This document shows, in pieces, positions 40,166-54,522 of a stretch of DNA of 64,000 nt. The notes under the pieces are model-generated. The model saw nothing but the letters and a program-made list of their open reading frames with translations. It ran no database searches and was not told the DNA's origin. The translations under genes and the position numbers were made by a program. The first letter of the stretch is position 1; the number at the start of each line of letters is the position of its first letter. The DNA lies in contig MCFE01000007.1 in NCBI GenBank assembly GCA_002104905.1, forward strand, positions 62,001-126,000. Direction: 5' to 3'. This DNA comes from Basidiobolus meristosporus CBS 931.73. Its lineage: Eukaryota; Fungi; Basidiobolomycota.

Positions 40166-43000
40166 TGCAAGGTCTAGCACCTCATCTGCCAATTTTTGCA
40201 ATAAATCCTTGCAATACTCAGGTGTCTTTTCTTAGGCTCTGCTCTTGACAAAGAACTGCAACCTGGTGGTGTGCCTATAAATGTTCCAAAACTACACTGT
40301 AGGCATTGTGAGAGTCTTTTGAGTGTTTGTGGTTGTTGTTGTGTCTACTAGTGAAATCTCTACTCTGTCTACAATGCAGGACATGGAGGCAGTGGTAGGC
40401 AAGCTGCCATTCTCTATAAGCTCATCTACCTCACTGGAGTGTAGCTCAACTGGCTGCATATCAAACTCATGAGAAAATAGCTGTTTTCTTATTTGTAATC
40501 CTATTTCTAGTAGTTCCTCTGCATTGAATAGAGTGTTGAGAAGGAGTGGTGGTAGCACTAACAATAGTAACTTATGATCTATGTATTATGATGTGCTTTT
40601 GCCAATTGGTGATATAAAGCAAAGAAATGGGGTTTGCTGAGTTACATACTTTTGCCATAGTTGATTAAGATACTTGCTATATGCTTCTTTGGGGTTTTTA
40701 CTCCCCTCTATTGCTTTGACAAATTGCTGGACTTTTGGGCACCCAATGATAGTTGCTCAACAGGAGTTATTTTCAAGCATCTTGTGTGAGATCCATGCTT
40801 CTATCAACTCATTTGTTGATTTTTGGAGTTGAATATGTAGTCTTGTACAGAGGTACAAAATTGGCAATACCAAAACTCATGACTTAGTACTTGTGATGTC
40901 CATATCTGGTCCTGATTGGTTCATTCACTGGTTCCCACAAACCCTGGTTTTCAGCCAACACTGTAAGGTCTAGCACCTCATCTGCCAGTCTTTGTGATAA
41001 TACACTTTTGCCTTGATAAGTGTTGTGCTGGTGCATCTTTGTCTGCCTGCTTGTCCCTAATTGGCACTCTTCCAGCCACTAGATATCTCTTTGACACTTT
41101 TCTGGAGCTTTCAGCCCTGCTAGTAACAGGCCCTTGAGGAAGCTGCTGGTTTTTAGCCATGGCACCCTTGTTCTTGTGCCTTTGATAGTTACTGCTATCC
41201 TTAGAATACTTTCTTGGCATACCAATGCAGGCCCAGAATCTGTTTGCTCATTTGTATCCAGGATAATGCTCATGGAACAAGTCAAGCCAGTTCTGCTTGG
41301 CCTTGAGCTCCTGAAGGTACCATAGTATGCTGGCCTTATGGTGATGGCTTGCCAGACTTCTGTGGACTGTTGAATATTAGCCCACTCTTCATTATTGAAC
41401 TCAACAGCCTCACATATCTTCAACGTCATTTAATTTTTAGGTTTGGGTATGAACATCACATTGTCTCCCTCCTGCACTGTGAATGGTTTTTCTGTGGGCT
41501 TTATCTTTGGGCACTGTTGTTGTGCTTCAAAGACTGAATGGTGCTCCTCTACTGTTACATTGGGAAATGGCTCAATTCTTGGCTGTGATATTGAGCTACT
41601 AGAGTTCCTTCTTTGCAGCAAAGATACTGCTTTATCTACCTGGCATATTGATTGCTCTACATGTATTATCCACTCATCCAGTTTCTTGATTATTTCCTGA
41701 TTTCTCTGAGCCACTGTATCTATCCTATCAGCCCTTCACCTAGTTGCTTCATTAATGCTGCGTTATGAGCTGACAACATACTTGCTAATATGTGTGGAGG
41801 TGATGTTATGATGCCTACTTTCTGGTCTTCAACCAAAGATACTGGGTTTGCTACAATCTCATCTGCCTGAGCATAACAGTCAGCTTGTGGCTCTGCTGTG
41901 GGAAGAGAATAAAGACCATGTGGCTATTGTAGCAAGCCTCTCAGCCATGAAGCATGCAGACAGCATAGGAAGTATTACAAGGTTCACGGCCAGTGTTTTG
42001 CCACACAAGTCATGTTTGACCATTCATCAGTCACTACTGCACAAGCATTATCTTGCTGGCCAGTTGATACTTCTACATTGGCACCTGGCCATCTTTGTCA
42101 CCTTACCCAAACTAAGTCAGGTAAGTTTGTGATGCCTTTAGGCTCACTTCAGCCTTCTGCAAATGGCAAGCAGAGTCATAGCTCTGGCAAAGAAGGTTCA
42201 TTGGTGGATTGTGATGAGTGGCAATATTACAAACATAAAGCTGAACACATAGATCTCTGCTGCTGCTGTATCTATTCCCTATTCCATCTTGCAAAGTGTG
42301 TGGAGAATATTGGGCCTTGCTTCACCTTTTGTGAGCTTCCTATGCAGCAGATGTGTGGGGAGATAGGAGGACAAGCCAAGTTGCAGGTACCACCATATCC
42401 CAATCTCATCAAGAATATTAGCTTCAAGTCCATCATGGATTGAATGAGTTGGTACATGGAAGACAACTCAAGAAGAGTTGGAAAATACTGAGGACAGATG
42501 TGTACATGGAGACACTTATGCCCATGGAATTAAGAAGCTAAGCAGCCCCAATGCATGGGTAGTCAGTTAAGTAATGCAAAGTTGAGTTGGGTGCAATAAG
42601 CAACTAATTTTGATTAAGAAAACTCTACCAAGGTTTGCCAGATTTCTCATTGTCACAGGCCAACTTCTACACCATTCAGTATGGAATTCACACAAACAAG
42701 AGCCAGAGCATATCTATAAGGGGGACTAGAATCCAGCAGGGAGAAGAAATATATTGGCTCAATACCAAGAAGTTCTGTGCAGATATTCAGGAGGTATTTA
42801 TAGCAAAAGTGGCAACAACCAGCCATACATTTGCAGGGTGTGTATGTTACCCGTAGTACAAGGTATATGGCCACTTTGCAAGAATCACATCAAAAAGCTG
42901 TAAAGTTGAGGTGATAGAAGTATGTCAATTGCGGCAGGTGTGTGCATTTATAGAGGTTAGTAGGCAGGAGGCTATAGTTTTTTTTGATTTGTACTATATG
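40165..43000. mobile_element. CACTA/EnSpm-like DNA transposon copy 1: ORF2 fragments (-) and internally deleted transposase (+)
   Basis: + strand LFHLAKCVENIGPCFTFCELPMQQMCGEI...PYPNLIKNI matches the EnSpm transposase C-terminal H..H....GP....FPMER.CG pattern; includes a short gypsy RT scrap at ~40840-40920; ends approximate. Confidence 0.7.
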
Positions 43001-43399
43001 TTGACTACCCCAGGTAGTATTAGGTAAGCAAACCAAGAGGGGTGATTCTACAGTTGAATATATGAATTGCACAAGGGGAGGTAGAGAAAGAAAGTACCAT
43101 TTAATAAATTGGTACAGTATCATTATGCAAACTAGCTGTAGGCTGCTATACTGCCATAATAATCCCATCAGAGTTTTACTGTGAGGCCATTAAAATACCG
43201 CCAAGCTTTTTGCCATATAAGTCAATTGGATGTACTAGCTGGTTAGATCCATCTAAGATAGTTGTAGAGTGCATCAAAGCCGCAAGTATGCCATGCAATT
43301 ATTTTCACAGCACCATTCAAGCTCTGTCAAGTTTTATAACTTTATTTGGCAGTCAACTTAGCAAAACACCATTGTTTTCCTGTCATAAGATTTTTAAGA

Positions 43400-46300
43400 G
43401 GACTGCAAATTCCAAGCTGCTGGTATTTTGAGGGTCTCCTAATTGGATCCTGACTGCAGATCCAGATTGGATCCACCTGCAGGACCAAATTATCTTTCAT
43501 AGGGAGTAGCTACAGAGATCTATATATTCAGCTTTATGTTTGTAGTGTTGCCACTCAAGTCCTGTTACTAACACCTTACACAGCAGCTATAGATGTGTCA
43601 AGTTGGCATTGGTGATGTGCTTCCGGATAGTATACCTATAATGTCTACATATGACTCCCAATGTCTCCATGTACTCTTGGTAGAAATGGCTTCAGAAGGC
43701 CACTTGAATAAACACATCCAGTTCATCCAGTCTTTGCATTTGTATTGTTGTATATGCAGATGAATATTGTTTTGAGCCCATGAGTAGTACTCAAGGTAGC
43801 AGATACTCTGTAATATCTTGTCAGTTCTTTCAGATTTCTCCAGTATCTTGAAGGGCTCAGTTAGCTTGAGGTGCCCCATGTACAACTTGGTCATCAGTAT
43901 AGGGATATTGTTGAAAAACAAGTGCATTGTTCTCAGCAGAAAGCTTTTGCTCCTATAGAGACCCTCTATTTTAAGTATATCCAGCTTCCAATTGATTCCA
44001 TATTCTGCTCAATAGCTAATAGCTAGTCAACTTTGCTGCAATTGCATGCTGACTTCTGTACATTCCCTTTGCTGGAAGATGATGCTCTTAGTGTTGGTGT
44101 TTGGGTAATAATAATGTGTGTGAGTTATGAAGTACATCCCCTGTATCTAACACATTTGACAGCAATACCATCTATTAAGCACAGAAAAGCTGGCTATTTT
44201 GCTGATGGCTGGGGTACTACTTTGCAGATAATAAAATGCACTTTGATATGATGGTCATTTACCATTATCCTGCCTGATATCATATAAAACTCATTAAGCA
44301 GTGGATACAGGTAGCTATCCATTTTTGACAGTGATTTGGGCACAGATACAAATAAGACTACCATCAGATCTTTCTGCTCTGATACTGTAGATAGGCAGCA
44401 GATTCAGGTTAATGAAAATCAGTGGGCATCAGGACTTGCTGGTAGAGTACTTGCTTAATGAGAATCCATCAAGTGCTAAGGCAAAGGCATGGTCATAGAT
44501 ACCTTCAAAGTAGCCCTTGCTTCTTAGTTGTTTGTTATGTTTGCCATTGAATACAGTGAATATGTTTGTACTTGATAGATACTGAGTACAGCACTTTATA
44601 GCTTTGCAATATTTCTTGGACTGCATAAGCTTCTTAGGACAGGGTATTACTTGAATATATCTGGTGTGTGAACAGTGCTTTCCTCAATGGTGGTTAATTC
44701 CCAACCATTTGGACATGTTGCTATGATGGCATTTTTCAATGTGAATGCCATGTAACTGTTAACAAATGCTGGAATCAGGACAGTCTCTGGGTCATATGTT
44801 GCCAGCCTCATCATGGTTGTCCACTTGTATCTTGTATATGGTAAGTTGCATCCCTTAACAATTTTAGCAAGAAGTAGTAGTAGATACTCACAGCCCCCAA
44901 TACTAATATTAGTGGAAGCATGCCACTTCTCAAGACACAACATTACATCATTCACCAGTATATGGATTACTGCAATCACTTGGCTCCATAAAGTATCCTT
45001 GGCATTTGCTTCAATGGGTGTTATCTTATTGCATATTGAGATTTGACCAGGCTCATGCATGATACTGTTGTTAGGGGAGATAGGCTCACAATCCATCAGT
45101 GAACCTTCTTTGCCAGAGCTATCACTCTGTGTGCCATATTCAGTAGGCTGATGTGAGCCTAAAGGCATCACAAACTTACCTGACTCAGTTTGTGCAAGGT
45201 GACAAAGACAACCAGGTGCCAATATAGAAGTATCAACTGTCCAGCAAGATAATGCTTGTACAGTAGTGACTGATGAATGGTCAAACATGACTTGTGTGGC
45301 AAAACACTGGCTGTGAACCTTGTAATACTTCCTATGCTGTCTGCATGCTTCATGGCTGAGAGGCTTGCTACAATAGCCACATGGTCTTTATTCTCTTCCC
45401 TTATAATGTTGAATCAAAGTAGTCTTGTCCATGGGGCAAACAGCTTGACCTTTGACAATGTAACACTATTATATCACTTTTTGGTAATACTTGGGTGATT
45501 TTAAGACAATCTAGTATTTGAGACATTGCACCTACATGAATGTAAGATTCAATGATGACCTGCTATAGTAAGTAATATAAATAAAGTTGTGGCACCACAG
45601 TCCCATGTTTATGTAACACCATTTTCCCTTTGGTTTGATTCACTTCTCTATATATGCTGCCAAAAATTGAAGCAAAGTTGTCTGGTTCTCAACCAAACCC
45701 CACTGCAGATGGCAGCAGAAGAACAGTTGGACAACAGCTTGCTTTGAGATTTAGTGTAACAAGCAGGGCTACATCACAAAAAAGCCATATTGACAATGTG
45801 CCCACTGAAGGGTTAATGTGGACTTCCCAGGCTCTCAGTCAAGTAGGCAATTGAGAATCTCTGCAGAGCTGCAAGCTGACCAATATGCTAAGGCAGATGA
45901 GAGTGTAGCAAACACAGTATCTTCAGTTGAAGACTAGCAAGTAGCTGCCATAATATCGCCTCCACACATATTAGTAAGTATGTTGTCAGCTCATACCAAA
46001 GCATTAATAAAGCAATTAGGTGCAGTGGCTGATAGGATAGGGAGGGAGACAATGTGGTGTATAAACCAAAGCCTAAAAATCAAATGACATTGAAGATCTG
46101 TGAAGACATTGAGTGCAATCATCAAGGGTGGGCTAATATTCAAGAGGCCATCAGAAGTCAAGCATGTCATCACCTTAAGACTAGCATACTATGGGACCAT
46201 CAGGAACTCAAGGTCAAGCAGAATTGGCTTGACTTGTTCCTTGAGCTTTATCCTGGATTCATATGGGCAAACAGATTTTGGGACAGCATTTGTATGCTAA

Positions 46301-46565
46301 GAAAGTATCTTAAGAATAGCAGAAACTATCAAAGGCAGAAGTATAAGGGTGCCATTGCTAAAAACCAGCAGCTTCTTCAAGAGCCTGTTGCAAGCAGTGC
46401 TGAAAGCTTCAAGCAAGCGTCAAAAAGACATTAAGTAGCTGGAAGAGTGCCAATAAGGGGCAAGCAGGCAGAGATCAATGCACCAGCACAGCATTTATCA
46501 AGGAAAAAGAATAGTACCACTCAAGAAGCACCTAGTCAAGGTAGCAGTGAAGGACCTGGCAGTAA
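43400..46565. mobile_element. CACTA/EnSpm-like copy 2: decayed transposase (-, ~45400-43500) with divergent ORF2 (+, ~45860-46565)
   Basis: FVNSYMAFT...CPNG, IFTVFNGKHNKQLRSKGYF...DHAFALALDGF (Tnp2-like), MHLFFNNIP..M; terminal inverted repeats not identified. Confidence 0.75.
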
Positions 46566-49500
46566 TGTTATCATCTGCCGCTTGAATGCTTAAGTTAGAT
46601 CAGTCTTTAGTCAAATCAATTAGTTATTTGTTTAGGTTATCAGTATATCAGTATTATCTGTCAAACCAGTAGCATTAGTCAGCAAATGAATCAGCAGATC
46701 CTTATCAGACAGCAATATATATATTAGGTAGGATCTTATTGGGTGATGATGATGCAATCAAATAAGTCATCAGCCACAGCCTACATTAGGAAATACAATT
46801 GGTCAGCAATAGATCTGGCAAAATGTATATAAGGAGCTGCTAGAATCTCAATAAAGATCAGTTCAAGTTTTAGTAAATACAATACTAGCTAAACTCCCTA
46901 TTCCTCTACAACTCTTACACCAAGACTTGTAACATTGGTAGCAGCAATGACCAGAAACATCCCTCCTGAAGAAAGAAGAAACCTCCCTCAAGATGTCCAA
47001 AAATCAAGAATGGAAGAATGCTATGCAACAAATCCTGGCCCAGCAGCAACAGTTACTCCAGATCCTTAGCCAGCAGCAACAAGGAATGACCACCATGGCC
47101 CAAAGCCTGCAAAACCCTGTCAAGAGCAACTTTAGTGTGAAGGTCAACCAGTACCATGGCAGAGTCAATGAAAACCTGGGAACTTGGCTCTTCCAGATTG
47201 AAGAAGCTTTCAAGGCTAAGGGAATTGCTCCAGAAAGCAAGTTGAATTATGCAGCCTCTTACCTGGCAGATGCAGCTTTGCAGTGGTTCCACAACAAGAT
47301 CAGGTCAGCCACCATGATGGGATGCTCTACAATCTCTACCTGGGATGAGTTTGTGTTGGAAATTCAGTATGCCTTTGAGCCCCACACCAACAGACACTAC
47401 TAAGAAGAAAGTTGAGGACACTCAGAAAAAAGGAATGATTCAAGAGTACATCTATGAATATAGATGTCTACTTGGGCAAATTGAAAGAATGGACCCTCCA
47501 GATCAAGTTGAATACTTTATTGATGGGTTGAAAGAAAGAACTTGTAAGGAAGTGAATTATCAAAGACCTCAGACTATTGAAGAAGCCATCAAGATTGCCA
47601 TTGACTATGACTCAGCTATGCTTGGAGTTGGGAAGCCCACAATGACTAATCAGAAAAGCTACAATCACTATGAAAGAAGACACTCAGAAGCAGTACCAAT
47701 GGAAATAGATGCTATGCAGAAGAATCCTACCTCAGAAGAATGTAAGAAGAAAGGACTTCAATTGTCACCAGCAAAGACCTATTGCAAAGTACTGCCCTCA
47801 GAGAAGAAATGGACACCAGCCATCAAGAACCTTTAACTGTATTGAGGTCATGGAGCATAGTAACATGGAGGATGAACTTGAAGAAGACTCAGAACTCACC
47901 TTCTACATGACAGAAGAATACCTATCCCAGATGACCTCAGACTCAGGAAAGCTATTATACTTGAATGGAGTAATCAATGGAGTACCTGCCAAGATCATGA
48001 TTGACTCAGGAGCATTGCATGAGTACATGTCAGAGCAATCTGCTCTGAAAGCTGGAATCAATTTGGAACCCACCAAATTACCTTCAGTCTCAACAGCTGA
48101 TGGGAACTCCCACATTATCAACCGTATTACTCAGCTAGTAAGGATGAAGATCAATGACTATGAAGAAGATCTACAGGCCTATATATTTGGGAACTGCAAG
48201 TATGACCTTGTACTTGGAAAAACCTGGCTATTTTGTCATAATTCATCAATCAACTGGAGAACCCATGCTACGCAGATCCAGAAGGATAACAAGACCTGTG
48301 ATCTATAACATGTCAGACTGGATTTTAGCTTGGTCAAATCCAGTGTGTGTGAGACAAGTGAGCTTAGCAAGACACAGTTCTGCAGAGCACTAAGAAAAGG
48401 CACCCAAATGTTCCTCATGGCAGTATTACAGGAGGATTCCTTGACTCCAGTACCCCAGAAGGTCCAGACTCTTTTAAAGGAGTATTCAGACGTATTTCCA
48501 GAGGAGCTTGTAAGCCTACCACCAGTCAGAGATGTGGATCATGCCATTAAAACAGGAGATAGCCCTCCAGTGAGCAAGACACCTTACAGAATGAGTCCAT
48601 TGGAGATGGAAAAGATGAAGAGACAATAGATCAGTTACTGGAGCAAGGATATATCAGACCCAGCAAGTCACCTTGGGGAGCACCATTACTTTTTGTGGAG
48701 AAGGATGGAACACTTAGGATGTGCATTGACTACAGAGCCCTCAACTCAGTTACCGTGAAGAATAAGTACCCCATACCTTGGATTGATGAGCTCCTGGACC
48801 AACTCAATGAAGCCACTATTTTCAGCAAGATTGACCTCATGTCAGGATACAACCCAATTAGGGTGAAGCCAGAAGACATCCCTAAGACAGCATTCAGGAC
48901 CAGATATGGACATTACAAGTACTTAGTCATGAGTTTTGGCCTCACCAATGCCCCTGCAACATTCATGACCCTGATGCAGACTGTCTTCCAGGAGTACATA
49001 GACAAGTTTGTCATAATCTACCTAGATGCTATACTGACATACAGCAAGACAGAAGAGGATCACTTGGTGCACATTGAAAAGGTCTTGAAGAAACTAAGTG
49101 AGAACAAGCTTTATGGCAAGCTACCCAAGTGTGAATTCTTCAAGGAACCTGTTGAATATCTGGGACACATAGTGACTAGCACAGGAGTAACCTTAGACCC
49201 TAAGGAGGTGGAGGTAATCAAGAATCTGAAGCAGCCCCATAACATATCAGAGCTCAGATCATTCCTTGGGATGGTTTCCTATTATTGGAGATTTGTCAAG
49301 TCTTTTGCAAGTATTGCAGATCCTTTAACTGATGTCCTCAAGAAAGACAATACCTACAAGTGGGACATAGCTTGTGAGACTGCCTTCCAGACGCTCAAGA
49401 ATGAACTTGCTAAGCTGCCAAGCTTAAGAATACCAGACTTCAGAAAAGAGTTCACTCTGTGCACAGATGCTTCAGATTATGAAATTGGTGGAGTGTTGAG

Positions 49501-51494
49501 CCTAGAACACAAGGGAAAGGACTACCCAGTTGCCTTTGAATCCAGGAAACTGAACTCAGCAGAACAAAACTATCCAGTCCATGAGAAGCAGATGCTTGCT
49601 ATAATACACTGTTTGAAGACATGGAGATGCCATATTGAAGGAGTTAAATGCACTGTGAAGACTGATCATGTCTCCCTCAAGTATATATTTACTCAGAAGG
49701 TACCCTCTAGAAGAATGAAAAGATGGAGTGAATACATTCAGCAATTTGACTTCAAGATTGTCTACAGCCCTGGAAAAAGCAACTTGGTTACTGCTGCCTT
49801 ATCAAGATTAGATCAAGTTGCACAACTCAACTTGGTGCATGAATCAGATTGGCCTAGCCTATTACCAAAGTACTTGGAGGACCAAGCCATTCCTAATGAG
49901 GTGGATGAAGATATCAAGAAGATAATCCAGGATGAAGCCAGCAAATTTGTAGTACAGGATGAAACACTCTGCCAAATTGTTGATGGAAGCCCTATTGCCT
50001 ATTGCCCTTATGTTTCTTGCCTGGATTTAATACATAAGCTACACAATGGATATGGACATCTTGGAATTGAAGGAACCTATAGTCTTGTAAAAGCCAGAGC
50101 ATGGTGGCCCAGAATGAAACAAGACATTGAGAAGCTAGTAAAAACATGCCCAAATTGCCAAATCAACCAAGGCCAATCACAGAAAATTGCCAAACTCCTT
50201 CCCTTGGAGCCTGTAAGACCATTTGAAAGATGGGAAATTGACTTTTTTGAAAGACTGCCAACTACCAGGAAATGCAACCGTTGGATCCTAGTAGCAATTG
50301 ACCATGCTACAAAATGGCCAGTGGCTAAAGCTGTACCTATAGCCAGTGAACAAGAAATTGCAAGTTTCATTTACCATGAGATCCTGATGCAGTTTGTATA
50401 CCCTTTGGAGATCTTATCCAATAGAGGTGCAAACTTTATGGCAAAGATATTAGAGACTTACCTGGAAATGCAGCAGATCAGACACTTGAAAACCTTGGCA
50501 TATCACCCCAGAACTAATGGAGTCACTGAGCGGTTTAATGGATTATTTGGAAAAATGCTGACCAAGTATGCAAATGGAGTTGTCAGTAGATGGGATGAGT
50601 ATATAGACTAAGCACTCTTTGCATGTAGAGTCAGAGTAAACAACACCACCCAGCAATCACCATTTTACTTAGTATATGGATGTGAACCAAGGATTCAAGG
50701 AGATCTCACACAACCAAAACTTACGGACACCTTAGAAGATGAACACAGTCAGCCAAGTAGACACCAGCAACTGGAACAAAGATGTCAAGAGGCACAAACC
50801 AAAGTATCTCAAAGTGCAGAAAGGATGAAGCAGAGATTTGATAAGACTAAAGCTCCAGAAGCATTGACAGTTGGGAATGTGGTATTGCTAAGAAACAACA
50901 CTTGGAAGAAGTTTGAGCCACAATGGACAGGACCATTCAAGATCATCAGAGAATGTCCATTTGGAACTTACTAAATAGTGGACAAACAAGGCAATATCAG
51001 GGAAGACTTAGTGCATAGGGACAGACTCAAGCTTGCAAGACTTGCTGATAATACTGAATCATCAAGATATTGGTATCACAAGAAAAGAGATTCAGGAGAA
51101 CCCTCTCAACTTTAGTAGGGGAGAATGTTATGATCTGCCGCTTGAATGTTTAGATTAGATCAGTCTTTAGTCAAATCAATTAGTTATTTGTTTAGGTTAT
51201 CAGTATATCAGTATTATCTATCAAACCAGTAACATTAGTCAGCAAATGAATCAGCAGATCCTTATCAGACAGAAATATATATATTAGGTTGGATCTTATT
51301 GGGTGATGATGATGCAATCAAATAAGTCATCAGCCACAGCCTACATCAGGAAATATAACTGGTCAGCAATTGATCTGGCAAAATGTATATAAGGAGCTGC
51401 TGGAATCTCAATAAAGATCAGTTCAAGTTTTAGTGAATACAATACTAGCTAAACTCCCTATTCCTCTACAACTCTTACACTAAGACTTGTAACA
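46566..51494 (+). mobile_element. Near full-length Ty3/gypsy LTR retrotransposon (inactivated)
   Basis: 369-bp LTRs 46566-46934 and 51126-51494 (TGTTAT...TAACA, ~15 differences by eye); PBS TGGTAGCAGC; PPT TAGTAGGGGAGAA; gag-PR(IDSGA)-RT-RH-IN order; in-frame stops and frameshifts. Confidence 0.97.
48695..50611 (+). pseudogene. Gypsy pol remnant (RT-RNase H-integrase)
   Basis: LRMCIDYRALN, KTAFRTRYGHY, YLDA (for YLDD), LCTDASD, HNGYGHLG...CPNCQ, YHPRTNGVTERFN; premature TAA at 50609-50611. Confidence 0.9.
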
Positions 51495-52530
51495 AATAAA
51501 AACCAGCAGCTTTTGCAGGAGCCTGTCACAACTACAGCAGAGAGTTTAAGACAAGCAGTAAAGAAACAACAGGCTGCCAGAAGAGTGCCAGCAAGGGACA
51601 AGCTGGCAAAATGGATGCATTAGAGCAGAATGTATCAAGAGAAAATGTAGCTCATTACATGAAGCACTTAGACAAGGTAGCAGTGAAGGACCTGGCAGTG
51701 ATAAAGGAAAAGGTATGGGGAAAAATGTCTACCAAAGCTAGAGACTGGGAAATATGCAAAGGAAACTGCTGCTCTCCCGAATTAAAACCATAAGGCTGGA
51801 ACATACTAAATTCCATTTTAGCCAAGAAGAAATAACGTCAAGAACTCAAAAGACTATCACAGTTGGGCTACACCCCAGCAAGGTAGATAAGTATACAGAA
51901 AAAGGCAATCTGTCTACCTCAGCCTCCACATACTCTTTGTTGACAGAGTAAAGATCCCATGGACAGACAATACTACAATGTCAAGAACTCAAAAGACTGT
52001 CACAATGCCTTCAGTGAAATTTTGGAACATTAATAGGCACACCAAGAGGTTGCAGCACTTCTTCAAGAGCAGTGCTCAAGAAAAGGCACTTGAATATTGC
52101 AAGGATTTATTGCAAAGACTGGCAGATGAGGTGCTAGGCCTTACAATGCCAGTTGAAGACCAGGACATTTGGGGATCAGTGAATGAGCAATGGCATAAAG
52201 CTATTGGGTTCCTGCCACAGTTATGGAAACACAGCATTACACAAGAAATACATAATGATTGGTGGATATTAATTGAGTTACTTATGAGTGTAGGGCTGGG
52301 CTAAGTGTTAGCGTAGGGTATAGGGACTTGTACAGGTTCATACAATTGGTAACTTAGGTACAACTGAAGCTTCAATGGAAATAAATCTATTTGTATGCAT
52401 AAAAAGTAAGAGATACAACTGAGTCAGGGAGTAAGGAGTATAAAAAAGAGGCAATAGCCAATCAATGTACACAAATGTAGGAGGTGATCAAGTGTTCAGG
52501 ACCAGAAAGAGAGCAAATTGGCAGGGAAGT
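51495..52530 (+). mobile_element. CACTA-associated ORF2 3' part and downstream region (copy 3)
   Basis: Homologous to 46360-46565 and, inverted, to 40165-41200 and 61650-62338. Confidence 0.65.
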
Positions 52531-54522
52531 AATCAAAAGCCACCAATACATCATTTTGATGAAAATTTTGACAAAGTTTTTGTTATATCTGGGGTGCAAT
52601 TATTTTTCAATAGTCTCTTCATGGTGCCCTGATTGGATCAGTACCCTTCAGCCATGGGACTTTTAATTTGTGATGGCTTTGACTGGATCATCACAATAAT
52701 TTCTCATAGGGTAAGTTTTGTCTCCAATCAGAATCACAGTATCCCACAAAATCCTGTTCTGAATACTTATAGTAGTGCCTTTAGCAGATATCAGCAGCTC
52801 CTTTTAAGTGTCTGAAACTCTGCTTAACTGCTGCAATGTATCAGATCCATTGCTCTGGTTGTGCTGGCCTACAACTCCCACCAAATATGCAATATCTGGA
52901 AATGTTCCTAGTGCAATAAACATCAAACTGAAGACTATAGATTGAGAATGAAAGTCAGGTCTTTCCAATGGCACCAAGCTCTCTTGATTGGGTTGAGTTT
53001 TGACTAAGTCAAGGGTTGTCTCTGTTGGGCTAGCAGCTGGTTTACAGTCTTCCATTTGGTACTTCCTCAGTATATCTTGAATATAATTCAAATGGCTTAG
53101 GGTGATAGTCTGGGTATCTTTATCTATGGTGAACTTTATCCCTGAGTAGTAACTGAGTTCTCCCAGATTGGGCATCTTGAGCTCTTTGGATAGGGTGGAC
53201 TAAGTCTCTTCCAATGCTTCTGGGTTATTGGTGGCTACAATACAATTGTCTTCATATAGAGCTAATAGAACTGGATTTGCTCTATCTGGCTTATAGAATA
53301 TATCAGAGTGTGCATTATTCCTATTGAACTGCATGATTCCAAATACAAATATATCTTGCAATTCTATGCTCTTTGTGATTGTTAGAGTCCAGAATAATCC
53401 TTTTAAGCTTGCAGACCAAATGTGTATTATCCTGGTCAGTAAACCCATCAGGCTGGTCCTTGTACACATCCTCATCAAGTTCTCCATTCAAAATGAGGTT
53501 TTAAATCCCTTTGATGAATAAAAAACTTATACCCGGCTGCAATAGCCAATATTAGACTAATGGAACTGAACTTGTCTACCAGTTCAAGGTCTCAGTATAC
53601 TCAAGTCCATATGTTTGCAAGTATTCTTTGGCTACAGGTCTTGCTTTGTGTCTTTTAACTGTACCATCAGCCTTATATTTTGCCTTGAAGACCCATCAAC
53701 ATGCAATTGACTTTTTATTGGCCAGCAATATAACTAGGTCCCAAGTTTAATTTTCCATCAGGGCCTAATTTCCTCAGCCATTGCAGATTGCCAAAACTTT
53801 GTCTAAGGGCTATTTAGGGCCTGTTTTATAGTCTGGGGCTCATAAGTATGGTTTGAATAGGCATAGGCTAAGTCTGTACCCTCATTGATACAGTAATTTG
53901 GGCTCTTTCTGGTCTTTTGGATGTCCTGGTCTGTGATACCGGAATGATCTTTTCTGGGATATTACTAGGCACAGATTTGGGCTGAACAATGGTGGTAAAG
54001 TACTACTGAGTGAAAAAACTTTCATTGTTTTGCTTTGGTTCAATCTTGACCACTGGTGAACTTGAGATCATATTTTTTCATCATCTGATGTCAATTTTGG
54101 TGAAAATTTTAAATTTTAGCAAATAATACATCCCTGGACTTGATCAGCTTCTTTGCTTTGGTATTGTAGAGTCTGTATTCTGTACTCTCATGGAAGTAGT
54201 GTAAAAATATGCTTTTTACCTTTTTTAGCTCAATTTTGACTGATTTCTGGGCAGTATCTTGGCATGTTTGGTGCACCCAGGTATTCTGGGATATTCAGCT
54301 CTTAGTCTGTATTTTTACCACACCTCAAAATAGAGTAGAATCAGAGGTATTCATTGATAACTTCTAACTCAGGGTATACCGCTGTGGCAACTGACTTGCC
54401 CAAAATTCATAGGATAAATTTGGTTGTGGATCACATATCTTTACAGGGTAACTGTTGAGCTCTTTGCATGTGCTGCCACTCCATTTTATTGTGGTTTGTA
54501 TGGTACAGTAGCCTCTTGCTTT

